DNA from: an uncultured bacterium
Lineage (GTDB): Bacteria; Abyssobacteria; SURF-5
Length of the DNA: 64,000 bases
Assembly: GCA_964607485.1 (NCBI GenBank)
Contig: CAZSKP010000008.1
Coordinates: forward strand, 1 to 64,000
Reading direction: 5' to 3'
A model generated the notes under the pieces. That model saw only the letters and a list, made by a program, of their open reading frames with translations, was not told where the DNA came from and did not search any database. Both the position numbers and the translations under genes were made by a program. Below are positions 33,269 through 42,923 of the stretch, piece by piece. The first letter of the stretch is position 1; every line of letters starts with the position of its first letter.

Positions 33269-33327
33269 GGAGCGAACAGGCCCTTGTATCACATTCACCA
33301 CTTGTTTCATCAGACAGGAGGTAACGA

Positions 33328-34809
33328 ATGAAGCACGCAAAATCCGTTTTGGCGGCCCTGCTGAGTATTCCCCGGAGGCTGTTTCTAGCTGTTCCTCTCT
33401 CAGCTTGCTTATGTCTCCTCTTCGGCGTCGGTCCCGCATGGGCTGAGGAGCCGGCGACCGTCGAGGAACGGCTGCTCCGCATGGAACGGGAGATACAGAC
33501 GCTGAGGCAAAAGAACGAACGGCTCGAGCATGAGGTGAGCGCTCTCAGGCAAAAGCTGGAAGCCGGACAATGCGCGGCCGCGAAGGCCGGCGGGGAAGCT
33601 GCGACGGAGACGGCGGGCGAAACCCAACCCGTGTGCGCCGCGGAGAAGCCCGGGGAATTCAATCTCCGACTCAAGGGGGAATATAAGAACGGCTTCGCGG
33701 TTTCTTCCGAAGACGGACTGTACAAGCTCAAGCTTGGCGGACGCGTCACGACCAGGTTCATGGCATTGGACTCGGACCATCCGTCCAATGACGAGTTCTC
33801 CGTCGAGCGGGCGCGCCTGTACACCAATCTGAGCCTGCTCGACCAATATGACCTGAGAATTCAAGTCGAGTTCGCCGAGAACCCCAAGCTCAAGGACGGC
33901 TATCTCGACATCCATTACGTCCCGTGGGCCCGCTTGAAGATGGGTCAATACAAGCCTCCCTTTACGTGGGAGAATCTCGAATCGCACAAATACATCGACT
34001 TCGCCGAGCGCTCCATCGCCGTGAACAACATGCGTCTGCCGAGCCGCGACATCGGCATCATGCTCCACGGCGGATTCTGCGACGACATGATTGAATACCA
34101 GTTGGCCGTCCTCAACGGAACGGGCGAGAACAAGGGCGACGACAACGACGCGAAAGACCTCGCGGGCCGGCTCTTCGTGCAGCCGTTCCGGGGCGCGGAA
34201 GGCGGAATCTTCTCCGACCTGCATCTGGGCGTTTCCGGCACGTGGGGCGACCAGAACACGGATTACTCAAGCACTTCGTTCAAGACGACCGCCGGAACGC
34301 CGTTCGTCGATTTCGCGGCCGATACCATGCACAAGGGAAACCGCAAGCGCCTCGGAACCGAGCTCATCTGGCCCGTCGGGCCCGCCTCGCTCAAGGCGGA
34401 GTGGATGCAGATGTGGCTGGATAACTTCCAACTGGAGCCGATGAGAGAGGGCCTTCAGTTCTACGCGTGGTACGTTTCGGGAAGCTACCTTCTGACCGGT
34501 GAGACGAAACCGCTGGGCAGGGTCGTTCCCAACCACCCGTTCGACCCCTCTCAAGGCGCCTGGGGCGCGTGGGAGGTGGCGGCGCGGTACTCCGTGTTCC
34601 ATAGCGACCGCGACCTTTTCGACCTCGGAATGGCCGAAGGCACCGACCAGACCGAGGCCTTCACCGTCGGGCTCAACTGGTATCTCAACCGGTTGTTCCG
34701 GGTGACATTTAACTACGAGCACACTGAGTTCGACGACGATCTCGTCATTGACGGGAAAACCCTTGACGACGAAGATGCATTTCTCCTGCAATGCCAGCTC
34801 GAATTCTGA
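33328..34809 (+). CDS. Outer-membrane porin, OprO/OprP (phosphate-selective porin) family
   Basis: Signal peptide, N-terminal coiled coil, RARL, GQYKPPF..E, RDIG, WYVSGSYLLTGE, GAWEVAARYS, VGLNWYLN and C-terminal Phe. Confidence 0.87.
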   Translation: MKHAKSVLAALLSIPRRLFLAVPLSACLCLLFGVGPAWAEEPATVEERLLRMEREIQTLRQKNERLEHEVSALRQKLEAGQCAAAKAGGEAATETAGETQPVCAAEKPGEFNLRLKGEYKNGFAVSSEDGLYKLKLGGRVTTRFMALDSDHPSNDEFSVERARLYTNLSLLDQYDLRIQVEFAENPKLKDGYLDIHYVPWARLKMGQYKPPFTWENLESHKYIDFAERSIAVNNMRLPSRDIGIMLHGGFCDDMIEYQLAVLNGTGENKGDDNDAKDLAGRLFVQPFRGAEGGIFSDLHLGVSGTWGDQNTDYSSTSFKTTAGTPFVDFAADTMHKGNRKRLGTELIWPVGPASLKAEWMQMWLDNFQLEPMREGLQFYAWYVSGSYLLTGETKPLGRVVPNHPFDPSQGAWGAWEVAARYSVFHSDRDLFDLGMAEGTDQTEAFTVGLNWYLNRLFRVTFNYEHTEFDDDLVIDGKTLDDEDAFLLQCQLEF

Positions 34810-34846
34810 AATGTTGAAAAAAATCAAAGAAATCTGCTTTAATCGG

Positions 34847-34875
34847 TTGACAAGATTTATTTCTTCCCGTAAAAT
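34847..34875 (+). promoter_or_regulatory. Sigma70 promoter
   Basis: TTGACA-17-TAAAAT. Confidence 0.7.
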
Positions 34876-34949
34876 ACGTAAAAGATACTGGCTGTCCGGT
34901 TGGTCCGGCCGGCAAGCCTCGTGCGGATTCGACGAGATTCAGGGTTCTT

Positions 34950-35459
34950 ATGAAACTCATCGTCGTAAAGGGAAGCGGAACTGGCACCGAATTCAGATTG
35001 CACGATGGCATCAATATGCTCGGCCGGGACGTGACTAATCGCATCAGGCTGCTCGACACCAGGGTCTCACGCAAACATTGCAGGATACGGAAGCTGGGCC
35101 GCTCGCTGTTCCTCTTCGACCTCGGGACGAAGAACGGCACGCTCGTCAACGGCGTTTCGGTGAGCGAGCGGGAACTTGAGATAGGCGACCGCATCAAGGT
35201 GGGAAGCACGCTTCTCGAAGTTGCGGATGCGCATCATGTGCCGAAAAAAATCGACGAGAGTGCGGCGCCCGCCTCTTTCTTCCGTACCATCACGATGGCC
35301 GTCTTCGGTCAGCGGCGGAGTCAACGACCGACCGCGGTCGAGCGCGAGTTCGGGAAGTTCTTTCGGAGGCCCCGAAAATCGTTCTGGCGACCTTCCGTCG
35401 ATACCGACCCGCCCGAAGGCCGCCGCGAAACGCTGATCTCCCACTCCGACCCCGACTGA
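34950..35459 (+). CDS. FHA domain protein
   Basis: LGRD..VSRKH..DLGTKNGTLVNG..GDRIKVG. Confidence 0.88.
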   Translation: MKLIVVKGSGTGTEFRLHDGINMLGRDVTNRIRLLDTRVSRKHCRIRKLGRSLFLFDLGTKNGTLVNGVSVSERELEIGDRIKVGSTLLEVADAHHVPKKIDESAAPASFFRTITMAVFGQRRSQRPTAVEREFGKFFRRPRKSFWRPSVDTDPPEGRRETLISHSDPD

Positions 35460-35529
35460 GATTGAACGCCGCTCTGTCCCCTCTTTTTCCCCCATATACC
35501 GTAAGTGTTTGCCGAACAGAGGAGAGTTT

Positions 35530-35558
35530 GTAGGGGCAGGCCCCTGCGCCTGCCCTAC
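35530..35558. repeat. GTAG-type REP palindrome
   Basis: GTAGGGGCAGGCCCCTGCGCCTGCCCTAC, between convergent genes. Confidence 0.7.
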
Positions 35559-35561
35559 TCT

Positions 35562-36857
35562 TCATTCAAACCAGGCGGGGTCGAGCTTGTTCTGCGAGGC
35601 TATTTGCGCGTACACCCTTGCGCTCGGTCGGGGCGACCGCTTCTGCGTCTCGTAGTCGACGGCGACGAGCCCGAAACGGGGAGTCAGCCCCTCGGCCCAC
35701 TCGAAGTTATCCAACAGCGACCAATGGAAATAGCCCCGAACGTCGGCGCCCTCGGAGACCGCCCTGTGAATCTGGGTCAGATGGTCTCGCAGGTAGGCGC
35801 GCCTGAGCGAATCGTCTGCGGCGGCGATTCCGTTCTCGGTAATGTATATCGGCTTGCCGTAGCGCTTCAACCACATCAGAACCCGGTGCAGCCCTTCCGG
35901 GTACAGTTCCCATCCGAGGTCGTTCGTGGCGCAGCCGGGACGGTTCATATTCTCCATGAACAGCATATGCGGCTTCAACAGATTGAAGCGAATCATTTCG
36001 CGCGTGTAGTAATTCAGCCCGATGAAATCGTGGGTGGCCGCGAGGAGCTGCACCTTCTGCCCCATGCCCAGCGGCCACGCCAGCCTGCCGGTATCGACGG
36101 CGTCGAGAAACCACTGGTTCAGTATGAAGTCGCCCAGCCTGGCGAGCGCCCTGTCGCACACGTGTCGCGGACGCAGGGGGTCTAAAAGCCGGATGTGTTT
36201 CGCTATGCCGACGCTGCTGCCCCGGCCGGGCGAGGTCTCGTGAATGATATGGTAGGCCAGCGCGTGCGCCCGCAGCATGTTGGTCATGACGATCGCCGCG
36301 CTCCGAAGACTCTTCGAACCCGGCGGCCAGATGCCCTCGACGTACCCCTCGTAGGCGTAAACCGAAGGCTCGTTTATCGTGTTCCAAAAGCGGACCAGTT
36401 CGCCCAGTTCGCTCGCCACCACTTTCGCGTAGCGCGTGAAGTACTCGACGACCTCTGGATTTTCCCAGCCGCCCGTTCTTGAAAGCCAGAGAGGATTGGT
36501 GAAATGGTGAAGCGTCACCAGCGGCTCGATGTCGCGTTCGCGAAGCGCTTCGAGCACGCGCCGGTAATGTGCGAGCGCCTCGGACGAAAACACGCCCTGC
36601 TGCGGCTCGATGCGGCTCCATTCAAGCGACAGCCGGTGCGCGTTGTGGCCGAGTTCCCGTGCGAGGTCGAAGTCCTCCTCGTACCTGTTGTACTGGTCGC
36701 AGGCGATCTCCGACGTCGTGCCGTCGGCTATCTTGCCGCCGCGATGTTCCCATTCCCACCAATCGTTGTTGCGGTTGCCTCCCTCCACCTGATGCGCGGC
36801 CGTCGCGGCGCCCCAGAGGAACCCCTTCGGGAATTCAATCGCCCTGCTCATCTCCAT
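35562..36857 (-). CDS. Glycoside hydrolase family 1 (beta-glucosidase)
   Basis: FPKGFLWGAATAAHQVEG, TINEP, ITENG and DNFEWAEG. Confidence 0.93.
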   Translation of the reverse strand: MEMSRAIEFPKGFLWGAATAAHQVEGGNRNNDWWEWEHRGGKIADGTTSEIACDQYNRYEEDFDLARELGHNAHRLSLEWSRIEPQQGVFSSEALAHYRRVLEALRERDIEPLVTLHHFTNPLWLSRTGGWENPEVVEYFTRYAKVVASELGELVRFWNTINEPSVYAYEGYVEGIWPPGSKSLRSAAIVMTNMLRAHALAYHIIHETSPGRGSSVGIAKHIRLLDPLRPRHVCDRALARLGDFILNQWFLDAVDTGRLAWPLGMGQKVQLLAATHDFIGLNYYTREMIRFNLLKPHMLFMENMNRPGCATNDLGWELYPEGLHRVLMWLKRYGKPIYITENGIAAADDSLRRAYLRDHLTQIHRAVSEGADVRGYFHWSLLDNFEWAEGLTPRFGLVAVDYETQKRSPRPSARVYAQIASQNKLDPAWFE

Positions 36858-36927
36858 GTGATCAGTCCTAGTGCCTGGTTGCAAAAATCGGCATTGTCTT
36901 GTCCCATCTTGAAATCCCCCTCAATCC

Positions 36928-37365
36928 CAGCGCTGTCCGGGATAGCAAATAGAAATCGGCCTGTTCAAGAGCCTTATGTGATATTGTAGCTTTGCGAGAA
37001 ACACAAGCCACATAAGGAGAACAAGCCGATGGCACATTATAACACGGTCATGAATCAACTGCTTGATTTGGTTCCGAGACATGAGTTCGGGCGTATTGTC
37101 AGAGAGCACGGAGGCGACCGCAACGTGAAGAAGTTTAGCTGCTTTCAGCAATTCGCCGTCATGCTGTTTGCTTAATTGCGCGGACTGGACAGTTTCAGAT
37201 AGATTCAGACTGCGCTTCGTGCTCACCAGGCACGCTGGTATCATCTTGGCCTTAGGACCGTCAAGCGCTCCACGTTGGCCGACGCAAACACCACTCGCCC
37301 ATGGCAGATATATCAGGAGTTGTATCATCAGATTCTTCATTGGTACCAGTGCTTCGCCCCAAAAC
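36928..37365 (+). mobile_element. IS4-family insertion sequence remnant: left end plus truncated DUF4372-type transposase pseudogene
   Basis: ATG at 37029 reads MAHYNTVMNQLLDLVPRHEF..FSCFQQF..MLFA*LRGLDSFR*IQ..YHLG..VKRSTLADAN..RPWQIY, with stops at 37173 and 37200. CAGCGCTGTCC is the putative left IR; there is no DDE domain. Confidence 0.82.
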
Positions 37366-37534
37366 TCCTGGCGGTGTTCCTGTCAGAGATTGTCTTCTTT
37401 TGTCTCTGGGAGCGGTCCGCAGCCGCGCGGTTGTTGGACCGGCCCTCTATGTTGTCCACGTTGGTCTCTTCTTTTTCGGGCATCCGCCCTAGCGAACGCG
37501 CTCGTCCTGCGCAAACGCACTCCCTTACATCACC

Positions 37535-38170
37535 TCAGCTGAACACCCCCACAAGTGCCGCTGTCGCGATGATTTGCACTGCAACTATACCCGTAATCCA
37601 GGACGGCCTGTTTGCCATAAATCTTTCCGGGCCAGGTATGGCTTTGATAAAGAAGGAGGCATTCGCTAGATTAAAGACCACGATAATCCAGAATAGCGCT
37701 GTACCTCCTCCGTAAACCCACCAACAGAAAACTCCATAGATTGTCTCGAAGGCGAAGGCAACAGGGGGCTTTTCGTAGAGCTCTAGGCCCAACTTCCTGT
37801 CCGTCCAAAATGGCATTATGACAATATCACGGGCATGACTAATCAAATCGAGCACGAGATGCGAACAGATTCCCACTGCAAGGGCCATTCCTACATCATG
37901 CGTTTTGAAGCCCAAGGCAAAGAGCATCCATGCGCCCAGCGCCAAAACGACCGTAGAGACAACTGAGTGAGAAAACGGCATATACTCAAGATGCACGTCC
38001 CTGACCGATTCCACTCTGTTTTCGGTCGATGTCTTTTCTATGCCAAGAAAGTTGAGTACGACCCAGAGGCCCTCTATGAGCTGAACAGAAACTAATATCG
38101 CTACCATCGGTGCGTCGGGAAATATCCTTTTGATAATCAAACCAGTGGCCGCATGATTTATGGCGAACAT
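37535..38170 (-). CDS. Membrane protein, putative membrane-bound metal-dependent hydrolase
   Basis: Multi-TM with NH.., PFSHS and SHLVLD..H motifs; AT-rich. Confidence 0.7.
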   Translation of the reverse strand: MFAINHAATGLIIKRIFPDAPMVAILVSVQLIEGLWVVLNFLGIEKTSTENRVESVRDVHLEYMPFSHSVVSTVVLALGAWMLFALGFKTHDVGMALAVGICSHLVLDLISHARDIVIMPFWTDRKLGLELYEKPPVAFAFETIYGVFCWWVYGGGTALFWIIVVFNLANASFFIKAIPGPERFMANRPSWITGIVAVQIIATAALVGVFS

Positions 38171-38357
38171 GCCCGGATCTCCTTTGCAGGCCTCGTTTGT
38201 ATCGACTTCCTTTCCAACTTAATTGACATAACAATATATTAAGCGATATGCGCACTCTAGCGGTATTATGCAGGAATTTCATTTCAAAGGAAAGGTCCCT
38301 TCTTCGGCTTTTGAGGAGACGCAACCGTGAGAATCTCGGCATTTCCACGAGTGCGTG

Positions 38358-39437
38358 CTAGCCCTTCTCCAGCTCGTCTATCAGATTGTAGTAACAGTCC
38401 CGCTGCCGGGGCGCGAAGCCTGCATCTTCGATGATTGTCCTCATCTCCGAAAGGCTCATCCTGAACGTGACCCCCGCGGCGCGCACGACGTTTTCCTCTA
38501 TCATCGTGCTGCCCAAATCGTTCGCGCCGAATTGAAGCGCCAGTTGAGCTACCTTTGCGCCCTGGGTGACCCATGACGCCTGAATGTTCGGAACGTTGTC
38601 GAGGAACAGGCGCGAGACGGCCAGCGTCTTCAGGTACTCGACGCCGCCCGCCGGCGTTCCGCCCATTTCTGTGTTGGACGGTTGGAAGGTCCACGGGATG
38701 AACGCCGTGAAGCCGCCCGTCTCATCCTGCAGTTCGCGAACCTTTGAAAGGTGCTCGACCCTGTCCGCATAGTTTTCAGCATGCGCGAACATCATCGTCG
38801 CCGTCGTGCGCATTCCCATCTTGTGCGCGGTCCTCATCACGTCGAGCCATTCCCTGGCGGTGCACTTGCACGGGCTTATCCGGGAGCGAACGTGTTCCGC
38901 CAGAATCTCCGCGCCTCCGCCGGGAATCGTGTCGAGCCCCGCCGAACGCAGCCGCGAAATCACCTGCGGAACGGCCATCGCGTTGAGTCGCGCAAAATGA
39001 ACGATCTCGGGCGGCGAGAAGCCGTGTATGTGGATTTTGAACTCGCGCTTGATGAACCTGAGCATGTCGCAGTAGAACTGGAGCCGAAGGTCGGGGTGAA
39101 GCCCTCCCTGGAGCAATATCTGTGTGCCGCCCAGCTCGACCGTCTCCCTTATCTTTTGGGCCAGTCCCCGCCGGGACAGCACGTAGGCGTCGGGCATGCC
39201 GGCCGACCGGTGAAACGCGCAGAACTTGCATCCGGACACGCAGATGTTCGTGTAGTTGATGTTGCGGTCCACAGCGTAGGTGACAAGGCCGTCGGGATGC
39301 AGCCGCCGGCGGATTTCGTTGGCGACGCCGCCGATGGCGAGCAGGTCGTTGGAATGAAACAGCGCCAGCGCGGACTCTTCGTCGATGCGGCGGCCTTCGA
39401 GCGCGGAACGCAGGATGTTAGCGGTCGTCAACGGCAA
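38358..39437 (-). CDS. mqnC: Cyclic dehypoxanthinyl futalosine synthase (radical SAM)
   Basis: DRNINYTNIC..CKFC, ILLQGGLHP, TAFIPWTFQ, NIQASWVT and GANDLGSTMIEENVV. Confidence 0.92.
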   Translation of the reverse strand: MPLTTANILRSALEGRRIDEESALALFHSNDLLAIGGVANEIRRRLHPDGLVTYAVDRNINYTNICVSGCKFCAFHRSAGMPDAYVLSRRGLAQKIRETVELGGTQILLQGGLHPDLRLQFYCDMLRFIKREFKIHIHGFSPPEIVHFARLNAMAVPQVISRLRSAGLDTIPGGGAEILAEHVRSRISPCKCTAREWLDVMRTAHKMGMRTTATMMFAHAENYADRVEHLSKVRELQDETGGFTAFIPWTFQPSNTEMGGTPAGGVEYLKTLAVSRLFLDNVPNIQASWVTQGAKVAQLALQFGANDLGSTMIEENVVRAAGVTFRMSLSEMRTIIEDAGFAPRQRDCYYNLIDELEKG

Positions 39438-40230
39438 TCCGAACGTCTCCCGGGCAGAGCCCGTCTTCGGCGGCGAGCTTCTGGAACGTGCGCAGCGCCT
39501 CGGCTTCGCGCTCGCCCAGTTCGTACCTCATGATGTTCTTCAAGTAATTCAGGCAGGTCTCTTCGCTCAAGCCGGTATCCTTGGCGGCCTCAGCGGCTAT
39601 CTCGCGCACCCTCGCCAGCCCCTCGTCGCGCGCCTTCGACAGCTTCGGCCGCAACGCGCGCACGTCCACGTCGCCCCTGGCCACCCACATCGCGTAAACG
39701 AACGGCAGCCCGGTGAGCTTTTTCCATTCTTCGCCCAGGTCGAAAACGAAGGTGGGACTCTCCGACCGGAACGTCATCGCCGGGTCGCCTATCAGCAGCA
39801 TCGCGTCGGCGTCGATGTCGCTCAGGGCCGCGTCGGGCGCGCATCTTGTAAGGCTCGGGAGCGAGCCGAGCTTCCTTTTCAGCAGAATCTTTGACAGCGC
39901 CACCGAGGTGCGCGAACTCTCGTCGAGCGCCAGCGAGCGGATGTCCCTGACGGATTTCTTCGAAAAAATGCGCACGCTCTCCACCATTCCGTCGGCGGAG
40001 ATGGAAATGCCCGGCACTATCCGATAGCCATTGTTCCGAAAGTACTCGATTGACGGCAGCAGCGCCGCGTCGAGCCGGGCCTGTTCCATCATCTGCGTGA
40101 GGAGGCTCGGGACCTCATGCGTCAATTCAGTCGTCGGCGGCTCGGCCGGGTCCAAGTAGCGTACGAGCGGCCTCCCGTTCAGAAATGGGACCGCTCCCAG
40201 TCGGAGCGCGCCGGTTGCCCCGCCCATCAT
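39418..40230 (-). CDS. mqnA: Chorismate dehydratase (futalosine pathway)
   Basis: VPFLNGRPL, SRTSVAL, LLIGD and DLGEEW..TGLPFVYAMW. Confidence 0.9.
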   Translation of the reverse strand: MMGGATGALRLGAVPFLNGRPLVRYLDPAEPPTTELTHEVPSLLTQMMEQARLDAALLPSIEYFRNNGYRIVPGISISADGMVESVRIFSKKSVRDIRSLALDESSRTSVALSKILLKRKLGSLPSLTRCAPDAALSDIDADAMLLIGDPAMTFRSESPTFVFDLGEEWKKLTGLPFVYAMWVARGDVDVRALRPKLSKARDEGLARVREIAAEAAKDTGLSEETCLNYLKNIMRYELGEREAEALRTFQKLAAEDGLCPGDVRIAVDDR

Positions 40231-41369
40231 TTGCGAGCTCCCGGTATCCCGCGTTTCACGACGCCGTACAGGGTGTCGCGTTCGACGGGAACGCGTCCGG
40301 CCTCGACGATGAGCCGCTCCAGTTCCTTCACGGTGAGCGCCTGCGGAGTCTCGGCGCCGGCGGCGTGGGTGATGCGCTCCTCGACCACGGTCCCGTCGAT
40401 GTCGTCAACGCCGAACCAGAGCGACACCTGCGCGAGCTTTATCCCAAGCATTATCCAGAACGCCTTCACGTGGTCGAAGTTGTCGAGCATCAATCTGCCG
40501 ATGGCGAGCGTCTTGAGGTCGGTGAAGCCGGTCGTCGGCGGTCTGTCGCTCAACTCCGTGTTGGCCGGATGAAACGCGAGCGGAATGAAGCTCATGAATC
40601 CGCCCGTCTCGTCCTGCAACTCGCGCAGCCTGACCATGTGCTCTATTCGTTCCTCTTCGGTTTCGATGTGGCCGTAAAGCATCGTGGCATTGCTGCGCAG
40701 GCCGAGCCGGTGAGCCTCGCGCATGACGTCCAGCCATTTCTCGGCGGACAGTTTTTCGGGACACACAAGCTCGCGCACGCGGGGTGAGAACACCTCTGCG
40801 CCGCCGCCCGGGAGCGACCCCAGCCCCGCCTTTTTCAGCTCCTGCAGAGTCTCGCCGACGCGCAGGCCGGCCACCTCCGCGATGTGCGCGATCTCGACCG
40901 CCGTGAACGCCTGCAGATGCACGTGAGGAAAAGCGTTGTGCAGCTTGCCTATCATCTCAAGGTATCGCGAGAACGGCCACGTCGGATGCGCGCCGCCGAC
41001 GATGTGGATTTCCGTCGCGCCCAACGTGCGCACCTGCTTGGCGCGCTCCATCATCTCGGCCATCGTCATCTCGTACGCGCCGCGTTCGTCGGGCCCTCTC
41101 CGGCTGAACGCGCAGAAGCGGCAGTTGTTCTTGCAGATGTTCGAGTAGTTTATGTGGAGGTTCACCACGTAATAGGCGAGGTCGCCGTTCTTGCGCTCGC
41201 GGGCCATGTTGGCCATGTGCCCCAGCGCGAGGATGTCGTTGCTCCGATACAGTCGCAGGCCGTCCTCCGGTTCGAGCCGGCGGCCTTCCTGCACCTTGTG
41301 GTATATGTCGGCGAGTTCGCTCTTCTCAAGAAGCTCAGAGATCACTGGATTGTTCCTTGATGTTTCCAT
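40227..41369 (-). CDS. mqnE: Aminodeoxyfutalosine synthase (radical SAM)
   Basis: HINYSNIC..CRFC, EIHIVGG, SNATMLYGHIE, FIPLAFHP, HVKAFWIM and DGTVVEERITHAAG. Confidence 0.92.
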   Translation of the reverse strand: METSRNNPVISELLEKSELADIYHKVQEGRRLEPEDGLRLYRSNDILALGHMANMARERKNGDLAYYVVNLHINYSNICKNNCRFCAFSRRGPDERGAYEMTMAEMMERAKQVRTLGATEIHIVGGAHPTWPFSRYLEMIGKLHNAFPHVHLQAFTAVEIAHIAEVAGLRVGETLQELKKAGLGSLPGGGAEVFSPRVRELVCPEKLSAEKWLDVMREAHRLGLRSNATMLYGHIETEEERIEHMVRLRELQDETGGFMSFIPLAFHPANTELSDRPPTTGFTDLKTLAIGRLMLDNFDHVKAFWIMLGIKLAQVSLWFGVDDIDGTVVEERITHAAGAETPQALTVKELERLIVEAGRVPVERDTLYGVVKRGIPGARK

Positions 41370-41535
41370 TGTTCAGGATAAAATAGACAAACTCCGGCCA
41401 TCATTCCCGGAAATATGTGGTCCCGCCTTCGGGCCGGCAACCCCTCATTTTATCTCTCCGCCCGCCCCAAGTCAAGACCGCCGCCGGGGCTGTCGCAGGG
41501 TTAAAAAGAGAAAAGGCGAAAAGGGGAAGGGGAAA

Positions 41536-41570
41536 TCGGTTTCGGGTTTACGGTTTATGGTTTAGGGTTC
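41536..41570. repeat. Heptamer tandem repeat, 5 x NNGGTTY
   Basis: TCGGTTT CGGGTTT ACGGTTT ATGGTTT AGGGTTC. Confidence 0.75.
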
Positions 41571-41571
41571 A

Positions 41572-41618
41572 ATATTCTCACGCAAAGCCGCCAAGATTTT
41601 CTCCGTGTCTCTGCGGTT
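41572..41618. repeat. Periodic palindromic repeat (hybrid of two half types) at the 3' end of the GxxExxY gene
   Basis: ATATTCTCACGCAAAGCCGCCAAG followed by CTCCGTGTCTCTGCGGTT. Confidence 0.7.
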
Positions 41619-42013
41619 CAACTTGGGGTTCTATCCGGCAAGCCGTTCACCACTCGCTTGATACCATTTTTAATCAGTGCTTCTCCGAAGTTCACCAGCA
41701 AACCCAGACGCTTGTTCATCAGCCGGAGATATGTAAGCAATTGTTTGCCGTGGACCGGAGCAACCTTTTCCAACGACTTCAGCTCGACGATCACCTTGTC
41801 TTCGACAATCAGATCTGCGCGGAAACCTTCCTCGAACTCAAGGTCCTTCCATCTGATCGGCACGGGAGCCTGCCTCTGGACACGCAGACCGCGCTCGGTC
41901 AATTCGTGGGCCAATACCACCTCATAAACCGATTCCAGCAGGCCCGGCCCAAGTTGAGAGTGTACTTGGTAGCACACATCCACAATGATCCGTGCGATTT
42001 CATTTTCTGTCAT
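41618..42013 (-). CDS. GxxExxY protein (PD-(D/E)XK nuclease superfamily)
   Basis: VHSQLGPGLLESVYE, FRADLIVEDKVIVELKS and QLLTYL..GLLVNFG; 131 aa. Confidence 0.93.
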   Translation of the reverse strand: MTENEIARIIVDVCYQVHSQLGPGLLESVYEVVLAHELTERGLRVQRQAPVPIRWKDLEFEEGFRADLIVEDKVIVELKSLEKVAPVHGKQLLTYLRLMNKRLGLLVNFGEALIKNGIKRVVNGLPDRTPS

Positions 42014-42063
42014 AACTGAAGCTCTTCAGCAATGGTCTCAGAATCGCCAACATTATTCCCGTC

Positions 42064-42132
42064 TATATTCTCACGCAAAGTCGCAAAGCCGCCAAGGTTT
42101 TTTTCTTTGCGCCTTTGCGTCTTGGCGTGAGA
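42064..42132. repeat. Complete periodic palindromic repeat
   Basis: TCTCACGCAAAGTCGCAAAGCCGCCAAG - T-rich spacer - CTTTGCGCCTTTGCGTCTTGGCGTGAGA. Confidence 0.85.
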
Positions 42133-42227
42133 CAAATCTTTTCTATTGCCTCGATCTACGAGTCCAGTTCTTGCCTTGCGACATTGTCCGTTCTTCATCT
42201 CTCTTGACGTTCCACGTCGTTTGTCTT

Positions 42228-42260
42228 TATATTCTCACGCAAAGTCGCAAAGCCGCCAAG
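42228..42260. repeat. 33-bp exact direct copy of 42064-42096 (left half only)
   Basis: TATATTCTCACGCAAAGTCGCAAAGCCGCCAAG. Confidence 0.85.
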
Positions 42261-42299
42261 AGATTTTCTGTTCGGGATTGCCCTTCGGGCGGGATTACT

Positions 42300-42728
42300 C
42301 TATGTGTTAGTGCTCTCACCGATAGTCCCACGTCCCTCATGGATTCTTCTATGACATTCTCTGCATAATACAATCACGTCGTTCGCTTCTTCCTGTCCTC
42401 GCCGCTCGTAGCTATTGTGATGGACTTCCAGACCATCGGCGTTACTGCACGCTTGACATCGACGTTTAGCACGTTCCAACGCGTCTTCGCGAATTTGCCA
42501 CCAATGATACGTTTTCAGGTAGTCGGCATATGGCAAGCTTTGCAGGCGGAGAATTTCACTTTCTTTAAAACCTCGCGATTGGCGTCTTGAATGGCGTTGT
42601 CTTAGCTGTTCGGCCATATTCGCATAAAGTGGTGCAATCAGAGCCACATATATGAGCGATCCAATCACTAGTACCAAACATATAAGTGCAATCCAGCCAG
42701 CAACTGTCAGACTTCCGAAAAGTTCCAT
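42300..42728 (-). CDS. Membrane-anchored HNH endonuclease-like protein
   Basis: N-terminal TM helix; Y..YL...HW...R....RCQAC..LEVHH..Y..LCRECH..IH. Confidence 0.78.
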   Translation of the reverse strand: MELFGSLTVAGWIALICLVLVIGSLIYVALIAPLYANMAEQLRQRHSRRQSRGFKESEILRLQSLPYADYLKTYHWWQIREDALERAKRRCQACSNADGLEVHHNSYERRGQEEANDVIVLCRECHRRIHEGRGTIGESTNT

Positions 42729-42923
42729 AACCCCACCACATTCCTTCTCACTCTATGGGGTGCCCTCCCGCGAATCTTCTGCCATTACATATGCGATCAA
42801 CGATAGGGAAAGTCTATTGGCAACCTGCTCATTAATATCCACAGGTCATGCCAGGGTCCGATCCTCCGTGATATATTCTGGCGCTCAAGGTAAGCGATAG
42901 GTTTGACCTCATTCACTTGTGTT

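Noticed and set aside
37413-37445. attC-like start (GTCCAAC on the minus strand) downstream of the membrane gene
   Set aside because: No matching GTTRRRY end and no integron integrase.
41572-42260. 33-bp direct repeats as a CRISPR array
   Set aside because: Only two exact copies plus a partial one, irregular spacing with a gene between, internally periodic, and no cas genes.
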